A stretch of 63,970 bases of DNA, filler included, from Circinaria calcarea (taxonomy: Eukaryota), in the NCBI GenBank assembly GCA_051942165.1. It is 6 parts of 6 records of this genome, joined end to end, with 100 filler letters (N's around TTAATTAATTAA, not from the genome) between each part and the next. Parts side by side here need not be neighbours in the genome. Positions count along the whole stretch, not along the records: positions 10,857 to 21,609 come from JAVECS010000765.1; positions 21,710 to 32,458 come from JAVECS010000766.1; 4 more parts are not named here. One strand, given 5' to 3'. Made by a program: the position numbers and the translations under genes. Of this stretch, positions 13,509 through 26,008 are shown piece by piece. The notes below the pieces were generated by a model. That model was not told the origin of the DNA and made no database searches. It worked only from the letters and a program-made list of their open reading frames with translations. Within the stretch, counting starts at the first letter, position 1, and each line of letters begins with the position of its first letter.

Positions 13509-15096
13509 ATGTCTGCTTCACCAACAACAAATGCAGTTCCGTCGACCAAGCGGCCCCTGGACGACGAATCATCTCCTTCAGGTCCGACCGACCAACCGGA
13601 CGCCAAGCGTCCAGCCTTGGACAAGACCGTGAAAGGCGAGGACGCAGAGGAAGAACAAAAGCCGAAACAAGAGTCGGTCGAGCCATCTGATGCGACCTCC
13701 ACCGAGACTGTCAAGGTTGAACCGGCTGCATCAGCTCTCGCTAACGGTCACAAGGATCTCCAAGGTGATACTGTAGTCCCTGATGCCCCCAACGGTACTG
13801 GTCCATCCGCTTCTGCGGTCTTAGATACTCAACCTATCCAATCCACGGCAGGCCAGCACGATCGCTCTACATCCCATGGACCCTCGCAGCATCAAGGCCA
13901 CCAGGACGAAACCGGCTGGATCCATGTGCGCGCCGTCATCTCGAGTGCCGAAGCAGCTACCGTCATCGGCAAGGGTGGCGAGAACGTTTCTCAAATTAGA
14001 CGGTTTTCTGGTGCCAAATGTACTGTGAGTGACTATGCCAGAGGTGCGGTCGAGAGAATTTTGACTGTCAGTGGCCTTGTCGATGCAACTGCCAAGGTAT
14101 GTCAATGTAAGGTCAATTCTTGACTACACCTTGCTAACAGAAACAAGGCTTTTGGGTTGATCATTCGGACTCTCAACAACGAGCCGCTGGAATCACCGTC
14201 TACACCCCAGTCGAAGACATACCCATTACGACTCTTGGTGCCTCATATTTTGATCGGGTCTATCATTGGCAAATCTGGTGTACGCATTCGTGAAATACAA
14301 GAAGCATCTGGTGCTCGATTGAACGCTTCTGATTCGTGCCTCCCTTTATCAACCGAGCGATCCTTGGTTGTTCTCGGTGTCGCTGATGCTGTTCACATCG
14401 CCACTTACTACGTTGGACAGACCCTCGTGGAACAGCTTACGGAGCGCTTTGGAGGTCCTGCCGCATCTGCTTATGCGACACGCAGCGGAGGACCCGCTGG
14501 AGTTGTTCCTGGTGGGATGCAAGTTGTGCCATACGTGCCTCAACCGGCAGGCGGTCAGTATGGTCATCCCGACAATAGCAGACGCCACACAAACCATCCT
14601 CAGCGTACCCCGGCAAACCCATATGGCGTGCCATACCTTCATGGCCAGCCACCACAGCAAGCACCACAAGCTGCCGTTCATTACGCTGGATCACCCCAAC
14701 ATGGCTATGCGGGTGCTGGACCACACCAACCTCAGCAGCATGGAGGCCATGCCCCACAGATTAATCACGCCGGCCCACCAGCCCAGCCGATGCAGGGTAT
14801 GGTACCAGGTCAATCGCTAACTCAGCAGATATTCATTCCGAATGACATGGTTGGCGCGATCATTGGAAAAGGGGGGGCTAAGATCAACGAGATCAGACAG
14901 CTAAGTGGCAGCGTCATCAAGATAAACGAGCCGCAAGATAACAGCAACGAGAGACTGGTAACAATCACCGGAACTCAAGAATGCAATCAAATGGCCTTGT
15001 ATATGCTCTATTCCAGACTTGGTATGTTTTGATCACCTGCCCTGGATGAAGGGATTGCTAATTTGATACGCAGAGAGTGAGAAGCACCGTATTTGA
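13509..15096 (+). CDS. Triple KH-domain RNA-binding protein (Rnc1/Pbp2/hnRNP K-like)
   Basis: Three KH GxxG loops: VIGKGGENV, IIGKSGVRI, IIGKGGAKI; introns ~14097-14147 and ~15022-15073; ends ESEKHRI*. Confidence 0.93.
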
Positions 15097-15766
15097 TTAC
15101 ATAGTGACTTTCGGCTTGTATGTCGTATCCGAATGTTCATGTATTCATTACGTCAATGTGTCTTTTGGTTTATCTCTTGACTGGAAAAGCATACTAATAG
15201 AACACAATTCAAATTACATCTCATTGGCCATATGCCGTGTCTCCTTCCGTGATATGTTCTGAATCTTCATCTTCTGCTTGAGTACCTCTACTCAGTTTGA
15301 CCATGTTCAGGAGAATTGAAACATTGACTCAAGAACAACACAGTGAATGGAATGCCGTTTGCGATATGACTGTAGGGTTATGCAGTGCCGGAAACAGCAA
15401 TAAAGAAAGTCGCCACGTGCTCTAAGCGAAATAATCGCCAACACCTCATCTCGCGAATATTTTGGCTGAACACATTCAATACGATTGTCCTGCATGCAAA
15501 CGTTTACAAGCATGGCCACGCGCATCTTTTGCGGTGCCTGGTCGCTATTCGCCCAATGCGTCAACACTTCAGTGAATTTGAAACGATGTCATAAAACTGA
15601 AGAGCTCCCACTCACCCAAGTATTCTTTAGCCCAACAAATTCCCATTCACTGGAGCTGTATGACACAGTCGTAATCACATCTCCTGGTTTGTAGACAACG
15701 GGTAATCCATATTTTCACATCGCCTTTCAATATTCAAGGTCTTTCTTTCTGTAGTTACTTCTGGAG

Positions 15767-16711
15767 ATGCGAAATGCCCCAAAGCCCAGGTCCAATGTTT
15801 CTACCATCGCCAATCTGAAGTCGGTCAAGATGTTCAAACCAATGCTCCCAACCAGGTAGCTCGCTCTCATTTCCTTATTCTTTCAATAGCGTACTCATTG
15901 TCATTCCTTATAGGAAACTCTACACCACCACCACAACCATCCTCGTCGGACCGATAGCCTCCCCAACCACCTTTTACGTTCACACCCCCATCCTCACCAC
16001 CCTCTCACCCTTCTTCCGCGCGGCTCTTTGCCCTGCTTCTGCGTTCCTCGAAGCAACAACCAACACCGTCTCACTGCCTGAGGCCTCACCGCCCGTTTTC
16101 TCCTACTTCGTCCAGTACGCCTACACCCGCTCTCTCGCCCACGAAGAGCTCGAAACCCCAAACCCGGCATTTTTCTGGCTCGTGCGGTTGTGGAAACTGG
16201 CGGGTTACCTCGGATGCGAGGAACTGCGAAACGACATCCTCGGGGAAGTGGGCCGGTGCGCGGATCAACGGAACGCGGTCTTCAGCCCGAACGATACGAG
16301 GGAGCTGTGGGAGGATGAAGGGGAGGCGGCGTTGGCGGGCTTGAAGAAATTGTGCGTGGATCTATTTATCTACAAGAAGACGGATTCGTTGATGATGGGG
16401 CATGAGGATAGCTGGTTAGTTCGTTTGACCGAAAACCCCTTTTTTCCCCCTTTTCTTTCTTAAAACAAAAAACTTTTTTCCTTATTTTCTTTCTAATCCG
16501 TCTTTCCCGCGTCCAATTTAACAGCTTCTCCGGGCTCCATAGGGACGAGCGCTTCTTACGGGAACTGGTCGTGCGGTTGCGGAGCTTACGCGAGGGCAAG
16601 ATCGAGGGCGTGCCGAGTGTGGTGCCGTGGCGGGACGCCAAGGTGATTTGCCAGGAATATCACGAGCACAAGGACACGGAGAGCTGTGTTAAGGTGATGG
16701 ATCGGGAGTAA
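15767..16711 (+). CDS. BTB/POZ-domain protein (spliced; ends approximate)
   Basis: TILVGPIASPTTFYVHTPILTTLSPFFRAAL...FLEATTNTVSLPEASPPVFSYFVQYAYT...LVRLWKLAGYLGCEELRNDI; C-terminal CQEYHEH; introns ~15856-15913 and ~16414-16524. Confidence 0.85.
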
Positions 16712-17178
16712 GTTTTTGCTTGTGGTTTTTTTATTGCCAGGGGGGGATAGGGGGAAGGTTCTAGCGATGGCTGACATGCATGGGTAGTGATAGTAAGAAC
16801 GCCAAGGCTGCAAAAACGGAATAGAAAATGGGCTGCTGATTTTCTTTCCTTGGTGGACTCGCTGGTCTTTCGGTTCTGATATGTGCTCGGGAATGGGGGG
16901 TCTTGGTTTCTGTGGGACGCTGTAACAGTGTATTAAGAGGTCTTTGCTGCTCCGACAGACTCTCAAGGGGTACTGCTACGTAGGATATGGATCTCACAAG
17001 AAAAGATGCGACATATCTTCATGTTACTGTGCTGCCGGCAGTGTATATGGATCTGTGCAACGGAGAAGCCTCCAACTGCCAACGGTTTGGACATGACCGT
17101 TTCCCAGAAACTAGCTAGTAAATGGTAAAAGGAGGCTGCTTTTAGATGATAGCTAGTGCTGCCTCAATCTATCCCTGC

Positions 17179-17853
17179 TTACGGCATAAATTTGACATGG
17201 TGCATTTCTAATCCCGTAACTCCTTCACTCTTCAAGAGCCCGATGTTCTCCTTGAACTTTTCTTTCTCCCGGGTGGCCTGGTGTTTCTCCACACTGTCCC
17301 ACCCTATCGCCGCAAGGTATGCCTTGCCCTTGCCCCCCAAGCTCTCATGCTCCAGTTCCTCGACAACCCAGCCAGACCGATAACCCCTATACCCTTCACC
17401 GCATTCCTCCAGCACCTTCATAAACTTGGCAAAGTTCTGCTCGTAGGCTTTCTGGGACTCTGGCGAGGTAGAGGACGGAAGGTAGACCGTGAGGATCTCG
17501 GTGACGGGCGAAAAGGAGCCGCTGAGGACGGCCAGGGGCGGATGCGGCTCAAAATGGACATGAATCAAATAGGCTTTTCCGTCCACCAGGCTCCGCAGTC
17601 TCGCGCTCAGCGGTGGAAAGACCGGCAGCTTCGTGTAGGCGATATGGGCCTCGACGGAATCCCAATCGATGCAGATGTGCAGCACGGTCGGATCCTCGAC
17701 CTGGCGGCCCCAGTAGATGCGTTGGCAGGTCTCGCCGGCGCCGACGGTGTCGCAGAACTCTTTCCAGATTTGCCCGGCCGGGGAAGAGGGGTCTTCGATG
17801 TTGCTCCCGGCGGCGAGAGAGAGGAAGGCGATTTCGGTGACTGGCCGAGCCAT
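17179..17853 (-). CDS. Dimeric alpha-beta barrel (ABM-like) protein with two repeats
   Basis: Intronless 224 aa; two repeats with IYWGRQVED...IDWDSVEAH and SGWVVEE...IGWDSVEKH motifs. Confidence 0.8.
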   Translation of the reverse strand: MARPVTEIAFLSLAAGSNIEDPSSPAGQIWKEFCDTVGAGETCQRIYWGRQVEDPTVLHICIDWDSVEAHIAYTKLPVFPPLSARLRSLVDGKAYLIHVHFEPHPPLAVLSGSFSPVTEILTVYLPSSTSPESQKAYEQNFAKFMKVLEECGEGYRGYRSGWVVEELEHESLGGKGKAYLAAIGWDSVEKHQATREKEKFKENIGLLKSEGVTGLEMHHVKFMP

Positions 17854-18510
17854 ATCGGTAGGTTAGCCCTGGAAGGGGGGATCACCTTAACAGGGTTTGT
17901 TGCCGAGGGAGGAAGTGAAGTTGAGAGAAAAGCAACGTTGCTGCTGGGATACTATCTCGCTGATAGTCGTTGTCTATCTAGAATACCGAGTACTGCAAAA
18001 ACGGGCGTTCCTGATACTGAGGAGGAAGCATCGATGAGGGTTGTAAGACGGTGCATGACTCAGCTGGATGTCGTCAAACCTCGTCACGTCATTCTTCTCG
18101 CAGCTCATATCTGAGATGTGAAGTATCTTTCGACCATCAGCTTACACTATGACAGTAATTGAGTGGTTGGACGGAGCCCGGATGAATAGTTGACCGACTG
18201 GCCGTCATTTCAATCTCCTTCCCCCTGTACATTTGGCGACTGAGGCACAACGGCTGGGCGAAACTTGTAGATATCTATATCCCCCTCGTGCTCTTCATTG
18301 ATATCTCTCAGACAGGTGGTGGTCCCATTACTTGAAGCTGGAGTGGAACATCTGCGTCCTCCTGATGATGTCTTCTGTCAGACCCTGAAGAAGCTGGGCA
18401 ACCTTTTATCATCTATAGTTCGCTCTAAGTGGTCAGCCTTGTTACACGACTGTCCGGACCTGCAGAAAGTAACGGGCGTAAGGAAGGACGCCCCCTTCCG
18501 AAGATCAGCC

Positions 18511-21268
18511 ATGGAACATCCTACCACCAGCATCGGCGTCTTCTCCAATCCTACCCCTCAGTCAGGCAGTGAAGAGGCCTTTGCTTCGGCCGTAAAGAAA
18601 GGCCGCCTTCCTGATCCATCAAATGCCTCTTCAAGCACGACGGCTGGGACGACTGTCCCCCGAATCCGTCGACGAAATCGCATGATAACCTCGTGCTTGG
18701 AATGCCGTCGACGGAAACTGAAATGTGACAAATCGCACCCATGTGCGAATTGCACCAAGTTCACCAGGGATTGCGTCTTCCTGGCACCGGCGTTGGACTC
18801 GGCCTCGCAGCTCAAACTAACGGAGATCAAGGAGAAAATGGGATCCCTGGAGAGAGTATTAGAGCAGGACGTTGCCATGAAGGGTCCCCGAAAGGACCAG
18901 GTAAAGGGTGGCTTTCTACCCAGGACCGAAGAAATTGATTTCGCCCCTGAACCCGAAGACGAGAAACATCTCGAGCAGACCCCCTTGGCGGTCATGGATG
19001 CGGTATATGAGGATGACGCTGACGACGATCTTACGGATTTGGGCATTCAGCTGGGGAAGTTGAGGCTAACGGACAGATTAGGGGGCTTCTTTCGTCCCAA
19101 GTTCAGTGAAGAGGTTTGGAATCCACTCTCTGCTACTTACCGGGAGCTTGCCGTATATTAACAATCGATGGGTAGATTACAGTTAGTTTGACAGATGTGA
19201 GATACGATCGTAGATCTCCTGCCGAGAAATCCGAGTCACCCGAGTCCTATGGCGCTCCCAAGCTGCATAATTTTCTCGCTCCAGGACCGAGCTACATCGC
19301 GCCTACCTCTGGTTTCTTTTTTGCCATTGGGAGTCATGGCACTTCTTTGATCGACTTTCTTCCCTCCAGACTTGCAGCAGACCGTCTCATGCAGCAGTAC
19401 TGGTATGCCGTCCATCCTATTGCACGCGTGGTACACCGGCCGTCCTTTGAAAGGAGATATGAGACCTTCTGGAACGAGGTTCAGATGGGTATTGAGCCTG
19501 TAGGCTCGTTGCAAGCTATAGTCTTTGCTGCAATGTTTTCAGGCGTGGTTAGCATGCCCGAGGAAGTCATCCTAAGAGATTTCGGTGTCGCGAAGAAGGC
19601 TTTGGAGGAGAATTTCCAGCAGGGTACCGAGACAGCCCTTACCAGAGCGAACATCCTTCGAACTACAAAGGTTGAAACACTTCAAGCCTTTGTCATGTAC
19701 ATGGTATGTCGAATCCTATTGGAATGTGAAGTTCTTTTATCATCGTGTAGCAGTATACGTATTTTCATCTACTCCATTTTAGTTCACCTACACTGGTCCA
19801 AGTAGATCTCTATGTTGCATTGATGATTAATACTTCAAAATTCACTTCCTTTCAATGTTTTTGATTACAGTTTAGTCTTCTCTACGACATGATGTATCTG
19901 CGTCTAATACATCCTCCTGCTAGATTCCCCTATGCCGGGATCAACTGTCCCGCTCACATTCTGCCCTATGTGGTACAGCGATTCGCCTGGCAGAATGCAT
20001 GGGTTTACATCGGGATGGGTCTGACTATGGGTTTACTGCTCTCGAAATACACGTCCGTCGCCTAGTTTGGTATCAGCTCTGCCTCCTCGACCTTCGAACA
20101 TGTGAGGCACAAGGGCCGAGACCGGGTATAAGACGAGAGGACTACGATACGAAGTATCCACTCAATGTTGACGATGTCGAACTCGATCAGCTTTATCCTC
20201 CAACAAAGTCTTCGGAACGGTGGACTGACATGACCCTTACTTTAATCAGAATTGAGTGCAATGATATGCATCGTATAATCTGGGTCGACCGACCACGGCT
20301 GGAGAAGAAGCAGATAAGCCTCACGTTAGTTCTTGGCAAAATCGAGAGCTTTAGAAAGATGATGTACGAGAAATACCTGCCTATGATAGATGATAATATC
20401 CCCATACAAAAATGTGGGCGGATAATCTTGAACCTACTCATTTCAAGGATGCACATTATGGTACTCCATAGATACCACAACGGCGTCGCATTTGCTATTC
20501 CAGGTTAGATATTTAGTCCCCCTTCCGTTGCCTTACTGAATACCTCTAGACCGCCTTCGCCAACTCATTCTCACTTCTGGCACCGAACAACTTGAATCGG
20601 GTATGCTTTTGGAAACCGACCCTGCCATACGCCCCTGGGCCTGGTACGCCGGCGCCTTGAACCAATATCACACTGCACTCCTCCTCTTGGTCGAGGTTTA
20701 TGCCTTCCCAATGCGCAAAGAAGCAGACCGCATTTGGAAAGTCGTCGATTACGTTTTCGAGATGCCTCCGGACCTGTCTCGAACCCAAAAAGCCCGCATC
20801 ATCTTGACCGAACTGCGGGATCGCATCGGCGCGTACAACGAAGCTCGGAAGGTCAGGGCTCCGAAAGAGATGTTGCAACGATTAGGGCAACAGCCACCGC
20901 GACGGGCCGGTGATGAGGGGGAGGACCTACCAGCAAACCCGTCCCGATTCGAACTGATAGTCCCGCTACAGCCTCCTGGGTCAGGGACGAACGAAGAGTA
21001 TAAGCGTCTGTTAATGCTGCCGGCAGAGACAGCACGGGTCCGGGAGAGCAGCTCCGATACGAACAGTAGCGCGGGGAATGTAGCAAGTATGCCGCAACCA
21101 ATAAGTATGACTGACGATTTAATGGCTGATATCGATTGGGTATGCTCCGCTTTCCTCTTCTCTCTGTTCTATTCTTGCCTTTTTCTTTCCGGCTAACTTT
21201 TGGGTTAGAATGAATGGGATAAGCTATTTCCGCCCGATATCAATACCGGCGACCTCGATATTATATAA
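18511..21268 (+). CDS. Zn(II)2Cys6 transcription factor with fungal-specific TF middle domain (multi-exon)
   Basis: SCLECRRRKLKCDKSHPCANCTKFTRDC cluster; AIRLAECMGLHRDG...EIHVRRLVWYQLCLLD; terminal exon DIDW|NEWDKLFPP. Confidence 0.93.
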
Positions 21269-21609
21269 TAATACCAAACTCTATTTTTCCCAGAACTTGC
21301 TTTCTGAGTTTCAGCAACATTTGTGAGAGATGTACCCAATATCCAAGTATATTACTACCCTCTTTCTATTGAATAGAGATCCAAGCATACTGTATACCGA
21401 CATCTATGCCGAAACTTCTGTATGCAGAAGTTCTGTACTACCCACATGATTAGTAGTCGCGTGGATTGCAGAGTTTTCCCCTTGTGCCTTCGCACTTTTG
21501 CGAACTCATACACATCACACACAAATACAGACTATTGTGTGCACATTGATTCCTGCCCTTGATGCTTAAGTCACGCTCACGCCCACCCCCCACGCCATAT
21601 ATTCTCCCC

Positions 21610-21709
21610 NNNNNNNNNNNNNNNNNNNNNNNNNNNNNNNNNNNNNNNNNNNNTTAATTAATTAANNNNNNNNNNNNNNNNNNNNNNNNNNNNNNNNNNN
21701 NNNNNNNNN
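21610..21709. other. Artificial contig linker
   Basis: N44-TTAATTAATTAA-N44. Confidence 0.98.
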
Positions 21710-23011
21710 CAACCTTCTCCCACCCGTTCCCCTCCACCGCCTCCCTCGTCCGAGGGACAACCTTCCGCATGGGCCTCACGTCCGCCTTGGCGCCACTCAG
21801 CGGCGTCGCCAAGCCGACTCGCTCCATGGTACTGTAGGTGCCGATGTTGCCGTCCGTGTCGGCGTGGGTGATGAGTTCTTTGCGACGGGTGTCGACGAGG
21901 AGGCGCATAAGGTCCGGGCGCATGTAGTGACCGCCGAGGTCGGCGAGGGCTTTGGGGAGGTGGGCTTCGTCGAGGTCGATCTGTTGGGAGGAGGAGGGAT
22001 CGGGGTTAGAAGTGGTGGTGGGGTTTTGGGGTAATGGGAGTGGGGACTTACGTCGACAAGGACCAAGCCTTCAAAATCCTTGTCGGGTTTGGCGAGGAGG
22101 GCACCGTCAGGGCCAAAGATCCTGGTATGGCCGTTGTACCGATCGGGAGTCTCGACTTCCACGCCAGGCGGGGTGTTCTTGGCTACACCTTCTTGGGAGA
22201 TACGCTGGAATGGAGCGAGAACGAAAGTGCCTGTTTCAATGGCATAGGCGGGGCTCACGATATCGGAGTTGCCATCACTAATATTAGTATAGGGGTCCGG
22301 ATATTGAAGCGTCGTCTTGTCGGGATAGATGGGCCAGGCGGCCACATGGACTTGCTCTCCTAAGCTGGCGGCATATGCCTTCAAGAACGGGTTCAAGTTC
22401 TCCCAGCAATTCAACTGTCCGATACGTCCGATATCAGTGTCCACCACAGGTTCGAACGTATCTCCCGCTCCGTCTCCAAAGATGAGTCTTTCTACGTGAG
22501 TGGGCTTGATCTTTCGTCTGTGATTGAGAATGTCCCCGGTAGGGGAGATGAGGACCTGAGCAAGGTGTAGAGTTGCCATGTCAATCTCGCTGTAACCTAA
22601 GGAGACGTAGATGCCATTTTCTCTAGCCGCGGCCCTTATCCGACGCATTTCGTTCGAGTCTGAAGGAAGGCTGTTTTGACGGTATCGCTTGAGGAAAGGA
22701 AGGGATTGCTGGTAGTTGCTAGGATTGCCGTCAGCTCGACTCAGACTTCACTCATCCCAATGGCATGATGGTCGAACATTTTCCACATCCAATACGGGTA
22801 GCCGGGGATCCCTGCCACCGTTAGGGACAGGAACTCGTGCCAATCGTGGTCGAGGAAGCTCACAAACTTCGGGGAAAGCGACGAGCTTGCATCCTGCTTT
22901 ACCAGCCTCATTGATCCAATGAATAGTCTTCTGGACTGCCAACTCGAGATCAAACCAGCCGGGCTCGGCATGTACAGCCGCGGCCTTGTATTTTTTAATC
23001 TGAGCAGGCAT
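21710..23011 (-). CDS. CHT: Cyanide hydratase (nitrilase superfamily); 3' end cut by the contig end
   Basis: [17 protein letters not shown]...[16 protein letters not shown]...[17 protein letters not shown]...[14 protein letters not shown]...[20 protein letters not shown]; Glu-Lys-Cys triad with the CWEN variant typical of cyanide hydratases. Confidence 0.9.
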
Positions 23012-23354
23012 TCTCAGTCGACTTTGTATTATTGTGCTACTTGGTTTGACGTCTTGCTGAAAGGTGGTTGAGCGTATGAGGCTTTATCGGTTGCAAAATG
23101 GGAGGATCTTCCAGTCTTTTATGTTTGAACGGCAATGATGAATCGACGATCCATCTTCGGGCTTATAGGCCCCTGAAACTATTTCCTTGCAGGAATCGGA
23201 GAAAGTCTCCTCCATCGACTTCCAATCCCCAAGGAGTAGCAAGGGAGGGACGGAAGGCCTCTTCTCGAGTCACCAACGTTTCTCAATATCTTCGCCAATC
23301 AAAAGGGACTTGCAACGGTTGATGCACTGCAGCACCATGGCATTCCTGGCAGAA

Positions 23355-23530
23355 GATAATGATTTCCCAAACCGGTATGATAAGGATGCCATCTCACCAA
23401 ACAGAGTGGACTGAATGGAGATGTACGCCCCCGAGGAGTGACACAGGATCGGATGAAAGGCTGCTGGATCCCGAAAAGATACTTCGAGCGAAAGACCAAA
23501 TGCGGGGATAAGGGTCCAGAAAGATAAGGG
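23355..23530. promoter_or_regulatory. Cluster of GATA sites (putative AreA/NIT2 elements) upstream of the cyanide hydratase
   Basis: GATAA at 23355, GATAAG at 23379, and GATAAGGGT twice at 23507 and 23523. Confidence 0.4.
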
Positions 23531-23897
23531 TACGGAGTTACAGATCGCGATGAGAGTGGCCAAGGCCAGACGTTTGGGGATTGCGGAGTAAAGGGTAAGC
23601 GAGGTAGGGCATCCCCACGCGCGGATGATCGGCTATTCTAATCACCCGAAAATGCAGCTATGGTATGGTAGCCGACTGCGAAAGCATTGCTAAATAGCGT
23701 GGAGAGCAACCAACCTTTCGTCACTTTGACTAAGCACAACTCAGGATGCGATCCGTTGCTCACCTTCTGGGTTTCGGACATTTAACACAGAAATCCCTCC
23801 CTATCAAGCCCCTGCGTAACCTGGAGTCGACGTGGTCTATCGTCTTCCCCCTTCCCGGGCTTATCGACCATTCTTGTAATTTTGTATGTGTTATGAG

Positions 23898-24030
23898 TAC
23901 AGACTCGGCTGGCTAGAATATACCAGGATGGTATTTAATTGCACGGACCGGTTCTGTGTGCAAAAGAGGGTTCAAGGTCAGTATTATTTATAATACGGCC
24001 CCGGTGTACTCTAGCCGGCCCGAGTCTGTA
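23898..24030. mobile_element. MITE (~130 bp), Tc1/mariner-type termini
   Basis: TA|CAGACTCGGCTGGCTAGAATATACC ... GGTGTACTCTAGCCGGCCCGAGTCTG|TA: imperfect ~27-45 bp terminal inverted repeats with TA on both flanks. Confidence 0.75.
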
Positions 24031-24298
24031 TAGGTTTAATGGACCACCACAGTGGAGTACTTTCGCGTACCCCGGACGGGGCTGACTGCCCCAAAGTTCG
24101 TTATTCGGGATTAGTCGAGGGTGGTAACTTAGCGATACGAAGAGGAGCGATAAGAATTATGATTGAGCTGCCTCCGATCCTATCGTTTGCATTGTACGTA
24201 GCTACCAACTTTACTATCAACCTCCACTCTGCGCCCTACGCAAGTGGAATCCTACGCTCAGTGGCCGTGATTAGTTGGGCTCTCCAGTCGCAAGAGCT

Positions 24299-24677
24299 TT
24301 ATTGTGACTTGGCAAGACTACGGGATAGGAAAGGCTCGATTAGACCTTCCATGTCTTTCAGGTATCCGGACTGCAAGCTTGCAGTCTGCATCTCACACGA
24401 ATTGGCCCCCACATTCGTATGATTTCAAGCATACGAGGACCTCCGCTCTGCTGGTGACATGTATGACTTCTTGCGGCTGTTCCGCGCTAGGTTTGAAAGG
24501 TATAGTTGGTTTGAAGTCCAATCTGGGCCTTCTTCCAGTCCTGTTGCTTGTCATCATGCTCCTTGTTAACCTGTCGCTTCTCGTCATGCTTTTTTGTTCA
24601 TCATACCTCTTCTCGTCCGGGTCCCTTCTCGGAATCGCGCTTCGCTTCTTCACTAAATTTTGATCATCACTACCCAT
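24299..24677 (-). CDS. Possible small two-exon orphan gene (basic, charged protein)
   Basis: ATG 24677 (MGSDDQNLVKKRS...); in-phase gtatgc...ttgcag intron gives second exon SGYLKDMEGLIEPFLSRSLAKSQ*; no recognisable domain. Confidence 0.25.
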
Positions 24678-25152
24678 TTCAAAGGGTATGCGGCTATTGT
24701 AATGGAAAGGGTGTGTGTAATTGTTCAGGGGTTGTATGCTGCGCGAGGCTGCAAGCCACAGGGTGTTCTTTTGGTTTAATTCCTTGGTGTGCCTGACTTG
24801 CATGTATTGTCAAACCAAATTGAGACTTTGAAAACGCGGGAGAAAAAGCTCGTTATTAGTGGATCGGCCCCCATTTTCAAACACCAGGGTGGGCGAGTAG
24901 GATGGGTGAGTGCGGGTATCTGACACTTCCAAAGGCTGACCGCCATCGTGAACCGCTGCGCGATGCATGTATATATACTACCATCGGTACATAAATCGTA
25001 CACCCTATTCCCTCCTTTGTTCGTAGGTAGGTAGCACAGGTAACATGCAGTAGGACTGCGACCCGCCCGCGATACTATCTCTACGTCTCAACGGCAATAT
25101 CTGCCGTTGTCCCTACGCCCTCGCTCCGTCATCGCCGCTCTTCGGGTCGAAA

Positions 25153-25539
25153 ATGGCCAGAGAAAATGTTACGATTGCGATTGTGTTCGTCGTCCTTTTC
25201 GTCGTCGTCGCCATCATTGCCTACTATCTCTACAAGTGCGTGAGAGCGGTGGAGACATCACCGCCCACCTCCGAGCCTAGGCCCCCTCGATCTCCGTCGC
25301 CGCAACTCCCGTATGAAAGACCCCCTCCGCCACGACTCCCGCACGAGCAACTCCCTCCTCCTCCTCTTAGGCTTCCGCAAGAACAACCACCTCCCCCGAG
25401 ATTGCCGCAAGAGAGACCCCTGGGCCAACGGCTTCCGCAAGAACAACCACCTCCCCCGAGATTGCCGCATGAGAGACCCCTGGGCCAACGGCTTCCGCAC
25501 GAAAGAGCACCAGGACCTAGAGGCGGAGGGAGAAGATAG
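25153..25539 (+). CDS. Small single-pass membrane protein with Pro-rich cytoplasmic repeats
   Basis: AAAATGG start context; TM segment IAIVFVVLFVVVAIIAYYLY followed by basic residues; RLP(Q/H)E(Q/R)PPPP repeats. Confidence 0.6.
   Translation: MARENVTIAIVFVVLFVVVAIIAYYLYKCVRAVETSPPTSEPRPPRSPSPQLPYERPPPPRLPHEQLPPPPLRLPQEQPPPPRLPQERPLGQRLPQEQPPPPRLPHERPLGQRLPHERAPGPRGGGRR
25370..25500 (+). repeat. 60-bp tandem duplication (~2.2 copies) inside the ORF
   Basis: 25381-25440 and 25441-25500 differ at only 2 positions. Confidence 0.95.
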
Positions 25540-26008
25540 CCATGGGTCTTTGTATGAATGAATCAAGGTTTCTGGCAGCATTAGGGCTACGTGACAGCCT
25601 TGGCATCATGATACTAGATAGGGGTATACTGGCTGGTATTGGGGCTGAATTTGCTCAGAATAGAAGGTTCCTCCTCTGAATATGCTCGTCGCCTATGAAA
25701 GTGGATGGATAGGTAAGCATTCTCTTTACGGTTTCATACCTTTTCCTCTAACTGTCAGCCCACTTACCGATCTGTTGTTCAACAGAGAGTTAACTCCGGC
25801 ATTGGGAGCAAGTGAACATGGGGTAATAGGGGTCTCCAGGGTGGACCTGCCAATCAGGAGAAGTGGGGGAAGTGCATGGGGATATATCTGGAGAGCTTGG
25901 GGATCACACCTGAAAGTGAATTGCGGTAACAAATCAATTGGTCGTCTAAGCGTCGCCGGGAACTCTCCTACCACGGGGTACAGACTCTGGGTCGATGGAT
26001 TGTGATAG

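Noticed and set aside
17281..18114. 277-aa plus-strand ORF
   Set aside because: Antisense shadow of the ABM gene with no recognisable motif.
18511..23011. Zn2Cys6 regulator plus cyanide hydratase as a regulated cluster
   Set aside because: Separated by an artificial linker; different contigs.
25370..25500. CRISPR-like array
   Set aside because: Contiguous coding tandem repeat without unique spacers, in eukaryotic DNA with no cas genes.
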